Made by a program: the position numbers and the translations under genes. The notes under the pieces were generated by a model. It worked only from the letters and a program-made list of their open reading frames with translations, was not told the origin of the DNA and did not search any database. A stretch of DNA of 53,779 bases from Actinomycetales bacterium (lineage in GTDB: Bacteria; Actinomycetota; Actinomycetes; Actinomycetales; DASROP01), in the NCBI GenBank assembly GCA_035646835.1, contig DASROP010000147.1, forward strand, positions 1-53,779, in the 5' to 3' direction. Below, in pieces: positions 10,958 through 20,853 of this stretch (positions are counted from its first letter, which is position 1; every line of letters starts with the position of its first letter).

Positions 10958-12424
10958 GTGAACCGGACCGGTCTGAACGCCGTCACCATTGCCGCGCAAC
11001 GGGTGCTGCCTCCGGACGCGGTGATCACCGACCACACCCGGTTGCGCACCTACGACTGTGACGGCCTCGCCCAGTACCGCGTCACCCCCGCGCTGGTCGT
11101 GCTCCCGCAGACGACCGGGCAGCTGGCGGCCGTCGTCCGCGCCTGCGCGGAGCACGGCGTGCCGTTCGTGGCTCGCGGGTCCGGCACCGGCCTCTCCGGC
11201 GGCGCGCTCCCGCACGCCGACGGCGTCCTGGTCGTGACCTCGCGGATGCGCGCGATCCTCGCCGTCCGACCCGACGACCAGCGCGCGGTCGTCCAACCCG
11301 GCGTCGTCAACCTCGACGTCACCAAGGCCGCCACCGGGTTCGGCTACTACTACGCCCCGGACCCGAGCAGCCAGCAGGTCTGCTCGATCGGCGGGAACCT
11401 GGCCGAGAACTCCGGCGGTGCCCACTGCCTCAAGTACGGCTTCACCACCAACCACGTCGTCGGCGCCGAGTTCGTCACACCGGACGGCGACGTGGTGGCG
11501 CTGGGCGGCACGGCCCCGGACGCGCCGGGCTACGACCTGCTCGGCGCGGTCGTCGGATCGGAGGGGACGCTCGGGGTGGCGACCTCCGTGACGCTGCGGT
11601 TGGTGCGTCTGCCCGAGGACGTCCAGACGGTGCTGTGCGGCTTCGCGACCACGGACGACGCCGGGGCGGCCACGACGGCGATCATCTCCGCGGGCATCGT
11701 GCCGGCCGCCATCGAGATGATGGACGCACTCGCGATCGAGGCGGCCGAGGCGGCGGTGCACTGCCAGTACCCGGAGGGCGCCGGCGCGGTGCTGGTGATC
11801 GAGCTGGACGGGCCGGCGGCCGACGTGAGCGCCGAGCTGGACGACGTGCAGCGGTTGTGCCGCGAGAGCGCCGCCTTCGAGATCCGCGTCGCCGCGGACG
11901 ACGCGGAGCGCGCGCTGATCTGGAAGGGCCGCAAGTCGGCCTTCGCCGCCGTCGGCCGGATCAGCCCCGACTACATCGTCCAGGACGGCGTGATCCCGCG
12001 CACCGCCCTGCCCGAGGTGCTGCTGGCGATCGCCGACCTGTCGTCGCGCACCGGTGTCCGGGTCGCCAACGTCTTCCACGCCGGCGACGGCAACCTGCAC
12101 CCGCTGGTGCTCTTCGACGACTCGGTCGACGGAGCGGGGACGGCGGCGGAAGAGGTCAGCGGGGCCATCCTCGACCTGTGCCTGGCCCACGGGGGGTCGA
12201 TCACGGGCGAGCACGGCGTGGGCGCCGACAAGGTGGCGTACATGCCGAGGATGTTCACCGACGACGACCTCGACACGATGCAGATGGTGCGGTGCGCGTT
12301 CGACCCGGCCGGGATCGCCAACCCGGGCAAGGTGTTCCCGACCCCGCGGCTGTGCGGCGAGGTGCCGGGCCGCCACCGCGGCGCGCACCCGCTCGTCGAG
12401 GCAGGCGTGGCCGAGGCCTTCTGA
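10958..12424 (+). CDS. glcD: Glycolate oxidase subunit GlcD (FAD-linked oxidase)
   Basis: FVARGSGTGLSGGA, GSEGTLGV and GEHGVG motifs. GTG start 7 nt after the aceB stop. Confidence 0.88.
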   Translation: MNRTGLNAVTIAAQRVLPPDAVITDHTRLRTYDCDGLAQYRVTPALVVLPQTTGQLAAVVRACAEHGVPFVARGSGTGLSGGALPHADGVLVVTSRMRAILAVRPDDQRAVVQPGVVNLDVTKAATGFGYYYAPDPSSQQVCSIGGNLAENSGGAHCLKYGFTTNHVVGAEFVTPDGDVVALGGTAPDAPGYDLLGAVVGSEGTLGVATSVTLRLVRLPEDVQTVLCGFATTDDAGAATTAIISAGIVPAAIEMMDALAIEAAEAAVHCQYPEGAGAVLVIELDGPAADVSAELDDVQRLCRESAAFEIRVAADDAERALIWKGRKSAFAAVGRISPDYIVQDGVIPRTALPEVLLAIADLSSRTGVRVANVFHAGDGNLHPLVLFDDSVDGAGTAAEEVSGAILDLCLAHGGSITGEHGVGADKVAYMPRMFTDDDLDTMQMVRCAFDPAGIANPGKVFPTPRLCGEVPGRHRGAHPLVEAGVAEAF

Positions 12425-13668
12425 TGGCGACCCGCACGCTGGACGAGGCCCGTTCGGCCGTGAAGTCGGCCTGCGGCGACGTGCGGGACGCCGGGACGTC
12501 CGACGACGTGGACGGCGTGACGCCCTCGCTGGTGGCCAGGCCGGCGTCCACCGAGCAGGTGGCCGACGTGATGCGAGCCGCCGCCTCGCACGGGCTCGCG
12601 GTCGTCCCCCGCGGGCACGGCACCAAGCTGTCGTGGGGCCGGCCGCCGGAACGCGCGGACCTCGTCGTCGACCTCTCCCGGATGGACGCCGTCCTCGACC
12701 ACGCGAGCGGTGACCTCATCGTCGAGGCGCAGGCGGGTGCGGGGCTGGCCGACGTCCAGCGCGCCGTCGCCATTGCTGGACAACGACTCTCGGTCGACGA
12801 GACGGTCCCGGGCGCCACCGTCGGCGGCACGCTGGCCACCGCCGCGAGCGGGCCGGGTCGCCTGCTCTCGGGCACGGTCCGCGACCTGCTCATCGGCGTC
12901 ACCGTGGTCCGCGCGGACGGCGTCGTCGCGCACGCGGGCGGGCGCGTCGTCAAGAACGTCGCGGGCTACGACCTCGGCAAGCTCGTGGTGGGTTCGTTCG
13001 GGACGCTGGCGGTGGTCACCGAGGCGGTGTTCCGGCTGCACCCGATCCCGGCGGCGCGCAGCCTGGTGACGCGGGACGTGGCGACGCCCGCCGAGGCGCA
13101 GCGCCTGGTGCAGGCCGTCCTGCACGCACAGGTGGTGCCGTCGGCGGTGGAGATCCGGTGGGGCGACGGCCGTGGCGCCGTGTCGGTGCTGCTGGAGGGC
13201 CGCGAGACCGGCGTCCGGGCGCGGACGGCGGCCACCGTCGCGCTCCTCGGGGACGGTGCGACCACGGCGACCGGTGACCTGCCCGACGACTGGTCTCGCT
13301 ACCCCTGGCACGGCACGCCGGCGACGGCGCTGAAGGCCACGTTCGCCGTCTCCGGCCTGGAGCGAGTGCTCGCCGATGCGACGGCGGGCGGTGACCGGAT
13401 CGACCTGCGCGGCAGCGCCGGGGCGGGCGTCACCTACCTGGCGGTGCACGAGACGGACGTCGGCGCCGTGGCCGCCCTCGTCGAGCGCCTGCGCCGCACG
13501 TGCGCGTCGCTCGGCGGGGCCCTCGTCGTCCTCGACGGACCCGCCGACGTCAAGGCCGCCGTCGACTCCTGGGGGCCGGTCCCGGCGCTCGACCTGATGC
13601 GCCGGGTCAAGCACCAGTTCGACCCGGCACGCACCTTGTCACCCGGCCGCTTCGTCGGGGGCATCTGA
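12424..13668 (+). CDS. glcE: Glycolate oxidase FAD-binding subunit GlcE
   Basis: FAD_binding_4-like VVPRGHGTKLSWG...NVAGYDLGKLVVGSFGTLAV. ATGA overlap with the glcD stop at 12422-12426. Confidence 0.82.
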   Translation: MATRTLDEARSAVKSACGDVRDAGTSDDVDGVTPSLVARPASTEQVADVMRAAASHGLAVVPRGHGTKLSWGRPPERADLVVDLSRMDAVLDHASGDLIVEAQAGAGLADVQRAVAIAGQRLSVDETVPGATVGGTLATAASGPGRLLSGTVRDLLIGVTVVRADGVVAHAGGRVVKNVAGYDLGKLVVGSFGTLAVVTEAVFRLHPIPAARSLVTRDVATPAEAQRLVQAVLHAQVVPSAVEIRWGDGRGAVSVLLEGRETGVRARTAATVALLGDGATTATGDLPDDWSRYPWHGTPATALKATFAVSGLERVLADATAGGDRIDLRGSAGAGVTYLAVHETDVGAVAALVERLRRTCASLGGALVVLDGPADVKAAVDSWGPVPALDLMRRVKHQFDPARTLSPGRFVGGI

Positions 13669-14969
13669 TGGCCGCGTTCGACGACCACCGGCCGCCCTCG
13701 CTCGAGCTGATCGGCGACTGCGTGCACTGCGGGTTCTGCCTACCGACCTGCCCGACGTTCGCCCTGTGGGGCGAGGAGATGGACTCGCCTCGCGGACGCA
13801 TCCACCTGATGGAACAGGGCCTGCAGGGCGAGCCGATGACCGAGTCGATGGTCGGCCACATCGACGCCTGCCTCGGGTGCATGGCGTGTGTCACGGCCTG
13901 CCCGTCGGGGGTGCAGTACAACCGGCTGATCGAGGCCACCCGGGCGCAGGTCGAGCGGCGGCACGACCGGGGGTGGCGCGACCGGCTGCTGCGCGGAGCG
14001 GTCTTCGCGGTCTTCCCGCACCCGCGTCGACTGCGGGCGCTGCGCGGTCCCCTGCGCACCTACCAGCGCACCGGACTGGACCGTCTCGTGCGCCGGTCGG
14101 GGCTGCTCGAGCGGCTGGCGCCGAGGTTGGCGGCGATGGCGGCCCTGGCCCCCCGGCTCGGACCGCGCGAGCGCGTGCCGACGCGGGTGCCCGCCGTCGG
14201 GGAGCGGCGGGCCGTCGTGGGGCTGCTGACCGGCTGCGTGCAGGGCGAGTTCTTCCCCGGTGTCAACGCCGCCACGGCACGGGTGCTGGCCGCCGAGGGG
14301 TGCGACGTGGTGGTGCCGCCGTCACAGGGCTGCTGCGGCGCCCTGTCCGTGCACAACGGCCGCGAGGCCGAGGCCCGGCGTTACGCCCGCGCCACGATCG
14401 ACGGCTTCGAGGCTGCCGGCGTCCAGACGGTGGTGGTCAACGCGGCGGGCTGCGGGTCGAGCATGAAGGAGTACGCCGACCTGCTCTCCGACGAGAACGC
14501 CTACGCCGAGCGCGCGGCCGCCTTCTCGTCGCGGGTGCGGGACGTGTCCGAGCTGCTCGCCGAGCTCGGCACCGTGGCCCCGCGCCACCCGCTGGGCGTC
14601 ACGGTGGCCTACCACGACGCCTGCCACCTCGGCCACGCGCAGGGCGTGCGCAGCCAGCCGCGGGCCCTGCTGCGCGAGATCCCTGGCGTGCAGCTGCGCG
14701 AGATCGCCGACGCCGACATCTGCTGCGGCTCGGCGGGCATCTACAACATCCTGGCCCCGGAGCCGGCCCGCGAGCTGGGTGACCGCAAGGCCGCCGACGT
14801 CCTTGCCACCGGGGCAGACCTGCTCGTCACCGCCAACCCCGGGTGCCTGATGCAGGTCGCGGCGGCGCTCGAGCGCCGGGGCGCCCGGATGCCGATGGCC
14901 CACACCATCGAGGTGCTCGATGCCTCCATCCGCGGCCTCCCCGTGAACGAGCTCCTCCGTCGCGGTTGA
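13668..14969 (+). CDS. glcF: Glycolate oxidase iron-sulfur subunit GlcF
   Basis: Two ferredoxin-type clusters, CVHCGFCLPTCP and CLGCMACVTACP, plus CCG domains (GCCGA, ICCGSAG). TGATG overlap with the glcE stop at 13666-13670. Confidence 0.88.
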   Translation: MAAFDDHRPPSLELIGDCVHCGFCLPTCPTFALWGEEMDSPRGRIHLMEQGLQGEPMTESMVGHIDACLGCMACVTACPSGVQYNRLIEATRAQVERRHDRGWRDRLLRGAVFAVFPHPRRLRALRGPLRTYQRTGLDRLVRRSGLLERLAPRLAAMAALAPRLGPRERVPTRVPAVGERRAVVGLLTGCVQGEFFPGVNAATARVLAAEGCDVVVPPSQGCCGALSVHNGREAEARRYARATIDGFEAAGVQTVVVNAAGCGSSMKEYADLLSDENAYAERAAAFSSRVRDVSELLAELGTVAPRHPLGVTVAYHDACHLGHAQGVRSQPRALLREIPGVQLREIADADICCGSAGIYNILAPEPARELGDRKAADVLATGADLLVTANPGCLMQVAAALERRGARMPMAHTIEVLDASIRGLPVNELLRRG

Positions 14970-14999
14970 TCAAGGACTGCGTGCTCGGTTCCCGGGAAC
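14966..14999. repeat. Half-copy of the type B TGATCA repeat followed by a 12-bp palindrome
   Basis: ttgatcaaggactgcgtgc (14966-14984) differs at 2 of 19 positions from ttgatcaaggactccatgc (42888-42906). It contains the glcF stop TGA. gttcccgggaac (14988-14999) is a perfect palindrome. Confidence 0.5.
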
Positions 15000-15029
15000 A
15001 CGACCGCGCCGTCACGCCTTGTACGTGGC

Positions 15030-15446
15030 ATGGCCACTATCGACCTGACCACAGACACGTTCGCGAAGGCCGTCGAGAGCGACGGCATCGTCCTGATCGA
15101 CTTCTGGGCGGAGTGGTGCGGCCCGTGCCGTCAGTTCGCCCCGGTGTACTCCGCGGCGTCCGAGACCCACTCCGACGTCACCTTCGGCAAGGTGGACACC
15201 GAGGCCGAGCAGGCCCTGGCGTCGATGGCGAACATCACGTCGATCCCGACGCTGATGGCGTTCCGCGACGGCATCCTCGTCTTCGCGCAGGCCGGCGCCC
15301 TGCCCGCTCCCGCGCTGGAGCAGGTCGTCGACGGCGTCAAGGCGCTCGACATGGACGACGTCCGCCGCAAGGTCGCGGCCGAGCAGGCCGACCAGGCCGA
15401 CCACGCCGAGCACACCCAGCACTCCCACGCCGGCGTCCGGGAGTAG
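15030..15446 (+). CDS. Thioredoxin with a His/Asp/Gln-rich C-terminal extension
   Basis: WAEWCGPC active site. About 30 extra C-terminal residues (...AAEQADQADHAEHTQHSHAGVRE). Confidence 0.9.
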   Translation: MATIDLTTDTFAKAVESDGIVLIDFWAEWCGPCRQFAPVYSAASETHSDVTFGKVDTEAEQALASMANITSIPTLMAFRDGILVFAQAGALPAPALEQVVDGVKALDMDDVRRKVAAEQADQADHAEHTQHSHAGVRE

Positions 15447-15449
15447 GAC

Positions 15450-16436
15450 ATGGCCGCCGTCACCGTCGAGAACCTGCTGACGCTCCCCCGCGTGCCCGTC
15501 GTCGACCCTGGCACGGAGCAGGCGCGACCGGTCGTCTCCGTCACCACCGCGCCGAGGGGTTTCGAGGGCGAGGGCTTCCCGGTGCGCCGCGCCTTCCACG
15601 GTGTGGACCTGCGCGAGCTGGACCCGTTCATCCACATGGACCAGATGGGCGAGGTCGAGTACGCGCCGGGCGAGCCCAAGGGCACCTCGTGGCACCCGCA
15701 CCGGGGCTTCGAGACCGTCACCTACATGATCGACGGCGAGATGGCGCACTCCGACTCCCACGGGGGCGGCGGCCTGATCGGCGGGGGCGACACGCAGTGG
15801 ATGACCGCCGGCGGGGGCATCCTGCACATCGAGACACCGCCCGAGCACCTGGTCACCAGCGGCGGGCTGTTCCACGGCCTCCAGCTCTGGGTGAACCTGC
15901 CCCGCACGCAGAAGCTCGCAACGCCGCGGTACCAGGACATCACCTCCGCGAAGGTCGCCCTGCTGAGCTCCCCGGACGGCGGCGCGCTGGTTCGCGTCAT
16001 CGCCGGCTCGGTCGGGGACGTCGAGGGCCCCGGGTCGACGTACACGCCGATCACGCTCGTGCACGCGACGATCGCCCGCGGTGCCTCCCTGACCCTGCCG
16101 TGGCGGTCGGACTTCAACGCCCTCGCCTACGCGCTGGGCGGGTCCGGCTCGGTCGGGCCCGGACGACGGCCCTTCGAGTCGGGCCAGCTCGCCGTCTACG
16201 GCGCCGGCGACAGCATCACCGTCGCGGCCGCGGACCGGCAGGACTCACGCACCGACGCGTTCGACGTGTTCATCCTCGGCGGCCGGCCGATCCGCGAGCC
16301 GGTCGCCGCCTACGGGCCGTTCGTGATGAACACCCGGGCCGAGCTGGTGCAGGCGTTCGAGGACTACCAGGCCGGACGGCTGGGCACCGTCCCCGCGGCC
16401 CACGCGGCGGTGAACGCCGCGACCCCGGACGCCTGA
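15450..16436 (+). CDS. Pirin family protein
   Basis: Cupin metal motif ...WHPHRGFETVTYMIDGE..H.DS.G... and a bicupin length of 328 aa. It starts 3 nt after the thioredoxin stop. Confidence 0.88.
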   Translation: MAAVTVENLLTLPRVPVVDPGTEQARPVVSVTTAPRGFEGEGFPVRRAFHGVDLRELDPFIHMDQMGEVEYAPGEPKGTSWHPHRGFETVTYMIDGEMAHSDSHGGGGLIGGGDTQWMTAGGGILHIETPPEHLVTSGGLFHGLQLWVNLPRTQKLATPRYQDITSAKVALLSSPDGGALVRVIAGSVGDVEGPGSTYTPITLVHATIARGASLTLPWRSDFNALAYALGGSGSVGPGRRPFESGQLAVYGAGDSITVAAADRQDSRTDAFDVFILGGRPIREPVAAYGPFVMNTRAELVQAFEDYQAGRLGTVPAAHAAVNAATPDA

Positions 16437-16443
16437 CCGGGAA

Positions 16444-16489
16444 CGACGTGCTTGATCACCACCATCCGTCCTCGTGATCAAGCACGTCG
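16444..16489. repeat. Type A TGATCA hairpin (16-bp perfect arms, 14-nt loop) between convergent genes
   Basis: cgacgtgcttgatcac (16444-16459) and gtgatcaagcacgtcg (16474-16489) are exact reverse complements. The right arm contains the DUF885 stop codon (tca 16478-16480). It is a possible bidirectional terminator. Confidence 0.6.
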
Positions 16490-18130
16490 ATCCGGGCTCC
16501 AGCGGTCGACCGCGGAGGCCAGCACCGTGAGCGGGAGGCCGCCGGTCGCCAGCAGCATGTCGTGGAACGCCTTGAGGTCGAACGCCTCGCCGAGCCGATC
16601 GCTCGTCGTCGTCCGCAGCCTGAGCAGCTCGTGCCGGCCGACCATGTACGACAGGGCCTGGCCCGGGTAGGCGATGTAGCGGTCGACCTCGGTCGCGACC
16701 TCGAGCCGCGAGAGCGGGGTGTTCTCGGTCATCCAGTCGATCGCCTGCTGCCGCAACCAGCCGCGAGCGTGCAGCCCGGTGTCGACGACCAGCCGGGCCG
16801 CCCGCCACGAGTCCGCCGCGAGCATCCCGAGCCGCGCGACGTCGCCGGAGTACAGGCCCATCTCGTCGGCGAGGCGCTCGCAGTACAGCCCCCAGCCCTC
16901 GGCGAAGGCGGTGTCGATCATCACCCGGCGGACGACGGGGAGATCGTCCTGCTCCTGCGCCACGGTGAGCTGGAAGTGGTGGCCAGGAACGGCTTCGTGG
17001 AACGCCACGGTCTCCGCGGTGTGGCGCCGACGCTGCGTGGCCTCGTGCGTGTTGAGGAAGTACGTGCCCGGCCGCGACCCGTCCATCGCCGGCGGCAGGT
17101 AGTACGCGGGCGGGGCGCCCGGTGCGGCGGCGGCCGGGATCGCCTCGACCTGGCACCGCTGGGACGGCACCGTGCCGAACCACCGCGGCGCCACGCCCTC
17201 GGCCCGCTCGATCGCGGTCCTGGCCGCCTCGAGCATCTCCTCCGCGCTGTCGAACGCGAGCTCGTCGTCGTCCCGGAGGTGGGAGAAGATCTCGGCCTGG
17301 TCCGAGGTCGCGAACACCCTCTGGCCAACCTCGGCGTACTCCTTCACCAGGTTCTCGACCAGGCCGAGGCCCATGTCGTGCAGCTCGTCCGGCGCCAGAC
17401 CGGTCGACGTGTGCTGGCGGACCAGCGTCGCGTAGATGGCCTCGCCGCCCGGCAGGTTCGTCAGGCCGACGTGGTCGTCGTCCCGGCCGGACGGCAGGAC
17501 GTCCGCGACCAGGGAGTCGCGGTACGCCTCCAGCGCAGGCCGGACGACGTCCGTGACCAGGGTGTCGCGCTCGGCGACGAAGCCGGCGTCGTCGGACGGC
17601 ACGCGGAGACCGGCCAGGTCGCCGTCCAGGACCCGTCCCAGGTGGTCGATGGCGGCGCGCACGAGGCGCTCGACCGGCGTCCGGCCCGCCGCCACGCCGT
17701 CGCGGTGACGCGAGGCGGCGTCCGACAGGTACGCGGGCACCTGGGCCAGCCGGGCCAGGTGCCCGGCCCGCCGCCCAGGGGTGTCCAGCGGCGTGCGCGG
17801 CAGGAACTCGAGCAGCGCGGACGCCGGCGCGACCCACAGGTCGGTCACCGTCCACTCGATCGCACCCAGCCGGGCGGAGTCGCGTTCGGTGGCGGCCACG
17901 TGCCGGACGAACTCGACCGTCTGCCGGTCGGTCTCGCCCAGCCCGTCCACCGGCATCGCCGCCGCGGCCGAGGCGATCGCGTCGTAGCGCTCGGCGGCGC
18001 GGACGGCGGCGTCGGCGGAGAGGTCGTCCAGGCGGTCGTCGTATCCCGGCAGCCCGAGGAGGGACGCCGACAGCGGCGAGGCGGTCAGGACGGCGTCGAG
18101 GAGGTCGTCGGCGAGGTCGCGTGGGGTCAC
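16478..18130 (-). CDS. DUF885 family protein (metallopeptidase-like HExxH fold)
   Basis: HEAVPGHHFQ motif and a length of about 550 aa. The GTG at 18130 (VTPRDLADDLLD...) is chosen because the listed ORF upstream of it overlaps the preceding gene. Confidence 0.8.
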   Translation of the reverse strand: MTPRDLADDLLDAVLTASPLSASLLGLPGYDDRLDDLSADAAVRAAERYDAIASAAAAMPVDGLGETDRQTVEFVRHVAATERDSARLGAIEWTVTDLWVAPASALLEFLPRTPLDTPGRRAGHLARLAQVPAYLSDAASRHRDGVAAGRTPVERLVRAAIDHLGRVLDGDLAGLRVPSDDAGFVAERDTLVTDVVRPALEAYRDSLVADVLPSGRDDDHVGLTNLPGGEAIYATLVRQHTSTGLAPDELHDMGLGLVENLVKEYAEVGQRVFATSDQAEIFSHLRDDDELAFDSAEEMLEAARTAIERAEGVAPRWFGTVPSQRCQVEAIPAAAAPGAPPAYYLPPAMDGSRPGTYFLNTHEATQRRRHTAETVAFHEAVPGHHFQLTVAQEQDDLPVVRRVMIDTAFAEGWGLYCERLADEMGLYSGDVARLGMLAADSWRAARLVVDTGLHARGWLRQQAIDWMTENTPLSRLEVATEVDRYIAYPGQALSYMVGRHELLRLRTTTSDRLGEAFDLKAFHDMLLATGGLPLTVLASAVDRWSPDRRA

Positions 18131-18147
18131 CGGCGCGACGGTACCGG

Positions 18148-20655
18148 TCAGGTCAGGTCGAGCTCGAACCACACGCGCTTGCCGTCGGGCAGCAGGTCGG
18201 CGCCCCACCGGCTGGCCACCTGGTCGACCAGCGCCAGGCCCCGGCCGCCCTCGGCGAGGCTGTCGGCCTGGAGCCCCGACCGGGGAATCACCGCGTCGGC
18301 GTCGTGGACCGCGATCGAGACCAGGGTGTCGGTGATCGCGACGGAGACGCTCAGGGCGTTCTCGGCGTGCACGATCACGTTGGTGACGAGCTCGCTGACG
18401 AGCAGCTCTGCCGAGTCGGCGACCGCCGCGGCGACCGCGTGCGACTCGAGCCTCGCGCGCACGAACCGCCGCGCCCGCTGCGGGGATCGCAGCGAGGCGC
18501 CCAGCTCGATCACGCCGACGCCCTCGCCGCGGTCGTCGCCCGGCAAGGACCGGACGGCGAGGAGCGCGGTGTCGTCGTCGTGGGCCAGGTCGCGCCCCAG
18601 CGCCTGCAACGCGCGGTCGCACAGCTCCTCGGCGGACGTTCCCGGCCATCCGACGGCCTCGCGGAGTTGCTCCAGCCCCTGCCCGAGGGACCGTCCCCGC
18701 TCCTCGATCAGGCCGTCGGTGAAGAGCAGCATGCTGGACCCGGGCGCGAGGCCCAGCACGACGTCGCGGTAGTCGGGTTCGACCCCGTTGCCGCCGGCGC
18801 CGAGGGGAAGGCCCGGGTCGAGCTCGAGCAGCAACGCGCCCCCGCCCGGGCTGATCACCACGGGTGGCAGGTGCCCGGCCGTCGCCATCGTCAGCGTCCG
18901 TCGCGCCGGGTCGTAGATCGCGTACGTGCACGTCGTGAGCTGGGTCTCGTCGAAGGACCGGACGACGAGGTCCAGCCTCGTCAGCAGGGCCGCCGGCGCC
19001 AGGCCCTCCAGGGCGTAGGCACGCAGGACGGCGCGCAGCTGGCCCATCACCGCCGCGGCCCGGACACCCCGCCCGAGCACGTCCCCGATCACCAGGCCGG
19101 TGCACCGGTCGGGCAGCTCGATCACGTCGTACCAGTCACCGCCGACCTCGGTGCCGTCGGCGCCCGGGAGGTAGCGCGACGCGACGACGAGCCCGGGCGC
19201 AGGGGGCATCGCCTGGGGCAGCAGGCTGCGCTGCAGTGCGACGGCCACGTCGCGCTCGCGCTCGTACAGGCGGGTGTTCTCGATCCGCGCGCTGGCCATC
19301 TGCGCGAACTGCGCCAGCACCGCCTCGTCGTCCGGTGTGTACCGGCCGACCACGCGCTCGCCGACCCGCAGCGCCCCCAGCCTCTGCCCGTCCCGGCCGA
19401 CGAGCGGCACGACCAGGTCGTCGGCCCGGGACCCGGTGGTCCGCGGCTGCGGCGAGGGTCCTCCGGGGGTGATGGCACCCTCCCAGCCGTCCCCCACCTC
19501 CAGGTCGACCGCGGCGTCCAGCGCGCCGACGAGGGCGCGCGACTGCTCCGTCACCGTGTCGAGGACGGCTCCGAGCGTCGCCACGCCCGACAGCGCCAGC
19601 GAGGCGGCCGCCAGCGCCTCACGTCGGGCGGCGCGGCGCTGGGCGGCCAGCGCCGTCGCCACGTGGGCCGCGACGAGGTCGACGAAGTCACGGAGGTCAC
19701 GGTCGAGGCGGCGTCGTGGGTTGACGCAGAGCACGAGGACGCCGAGGGGCCCCTCCGCGTCGGTGTAGACCACCGGCACCATGAACATCGAGCGACGGCC
19801 GCTCGCGGTGTCGACGTCCACCTCCTCGACGACGACGGCGGCATACTCCAGCACGGACCAGAGGCTCGCATCCAGCCCACCGGCGGCGGCGTCGCGACCC
19901 ACGGACGCCGGCCAGGCGCGCACCGGGGTGCCCTCCGATGCGGTCAGCCCCAACGACGCCCACCGGTCGTCGGCCAGGTACAGCGCCGCGAAGGGCAGGT
20001 CCGCGTCGTCGCTCGCGATGGCCTCGACCGCCCGCTGGCAGACCTCGGCCTCGGTGCGGGCGTCGCCCACGCGGTCCGACAGCAGGCGCAGGGTGCCCAG
20101 ACGCCGCTCGGTCAGGACCCGGCCCGTCGTCTCGCTCACCGCCGCCATCACACCGCCGACGCTCCCGTCGTCGTCGAACACCGGGCTGTAGGAGAGGGTG
20201 AAGTAGCACTCCTCCGGGTACCCGTGGCGGTTGAGGACCAGGAGGTGGTCCTCCGACCACGTGCCCGGCCCCCCGTCGAGCACGCCGGCGATCAGCGGCC
20301 CGACGTCGTCCCAGACCTCGGGCCACACCTCCGCGCACGGCCGGCCGAGGCAGGCCGGGTGCTTGTCACCGGGGATCGGGCTGTAGGCGTCGTTGTAGAT
20401 CATCACGAGCTCGGGGCCCCAGAAGAGGCGCATCGGGAAGCGTGACGACACGCACAGGGCGACCGCGCTGCGCAGGCTCGTCGACCACTGCCCGGGAGGG
20501 CCGAGCGGCGTCGCCGCCCAGTCGCGGGCGCGGATCAGCTCGCCCATCCGGCCGCCGCCGTCGAGGGCGCGGCCGAGGACGCCCCAGTCCTGGCCCCGGA
20601 GGTCGACGGTCGCGGACGGCTCCGTGGAGACGGAGCCTCCGACCGTCATCCGCAT
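18148..20655 (-). CDS. PAS/GAF-sensor PP2C (SpoIIE-type) phosphatase fused to an RsbW-like HATPase domain
   Basis: The N-terminal PAS-like part is LFWGPELVMIYNDAY...YFTLSYSPV. GAF-like segments follow. The PP2C core is GGDWYDV...VIGDVLGRG...LFTDGLIE. The C-terminal part is ELVTNVIVHA...GGRGLALV. Confidence 0.82.
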   Translation of the reverse strand: MRMTVGGSVSTEPSATVDLRGQDWGVLGRALDGGGRMGELIRARDWAATPLGPPGQWSTSLRSAVALCVSSRFPMRLFWGPELVMIYNDAYSPIPGDKHPACLGRPCAEVWPEVWDDVGPLIAGVLDGGPGTWSEDHLLVLNRHGYPEECYFTLSYSPVFDDDGSVGGVMAAVSETTGRVLTERRLGTLRLLSDRVGDARTEAEVCQRAVEAIASDDADLPFAALYLADDRWASLGLTASEGTPVRAWPASVGRDAAAGGLDASLWSVLEYAAVVVEEVDVDTASGRRSMFMVPVVYTDAEGPLGVLVLCVNPRRRLDRDLRDFVDLVAAHVATALAAQRRAARREALAAASLALSGVATLGAVLDTVTEQSRALVGALDAAVDLEVGDGWEGAITPGGPSPQPRTTGSRADDLVVPLVGRDGQRLGALRVGERVVGRYTPDDEAVLAQFAQMASARIENTRLYERERDVAVALQRSLLPQAMPPAPGLVVASRYLPGADGTEVGGDWYDVIELPDRCTGLVIGDVLGRGVRAAAVMGQLRAVLRAYALEGLAPAALLTRLDLVVRSFDETQLTTCTYAIYDPARRTLTMATAGHLPPVVISPGGGALLLELDPGLPLGAGGNGVEPDYRDVVLGLAPGSSMLLFTDGLIEERGRSLGQGLEQLREAVGWPGTSAEELCDRALQALGRDLAHDDDTALLAVRSLPGDDRGEGVGVIELGASLRSPQRARRFVRARLESHAVAAAVADSAELLVSELVTNVIVHAENALSVSVAITDTLVSIAVHDADAVIPRSGLQADSLAEGGRGLALVDQVASRWGADLLPDGKRVWFELDLT

Positions 20656-20853
20656 CGCCCTTCGTCCTCGCCGGGGCCGGCCCAGCCGGCCGGTTCGCCA
20701 AAGTACGGCAGCGGCGGCGGCTCCCGCAGGACAATCGCGGACCTCGGGCGACGCGTTCGATTCGGGATGTTTCGTCGCGCAACGGTGTGAACGTGCGGTG
20801 AATCATCGCGTGTCCCGCGGCCCGATGCCGCGATCTCGTGTCAGCGTTGTCCC

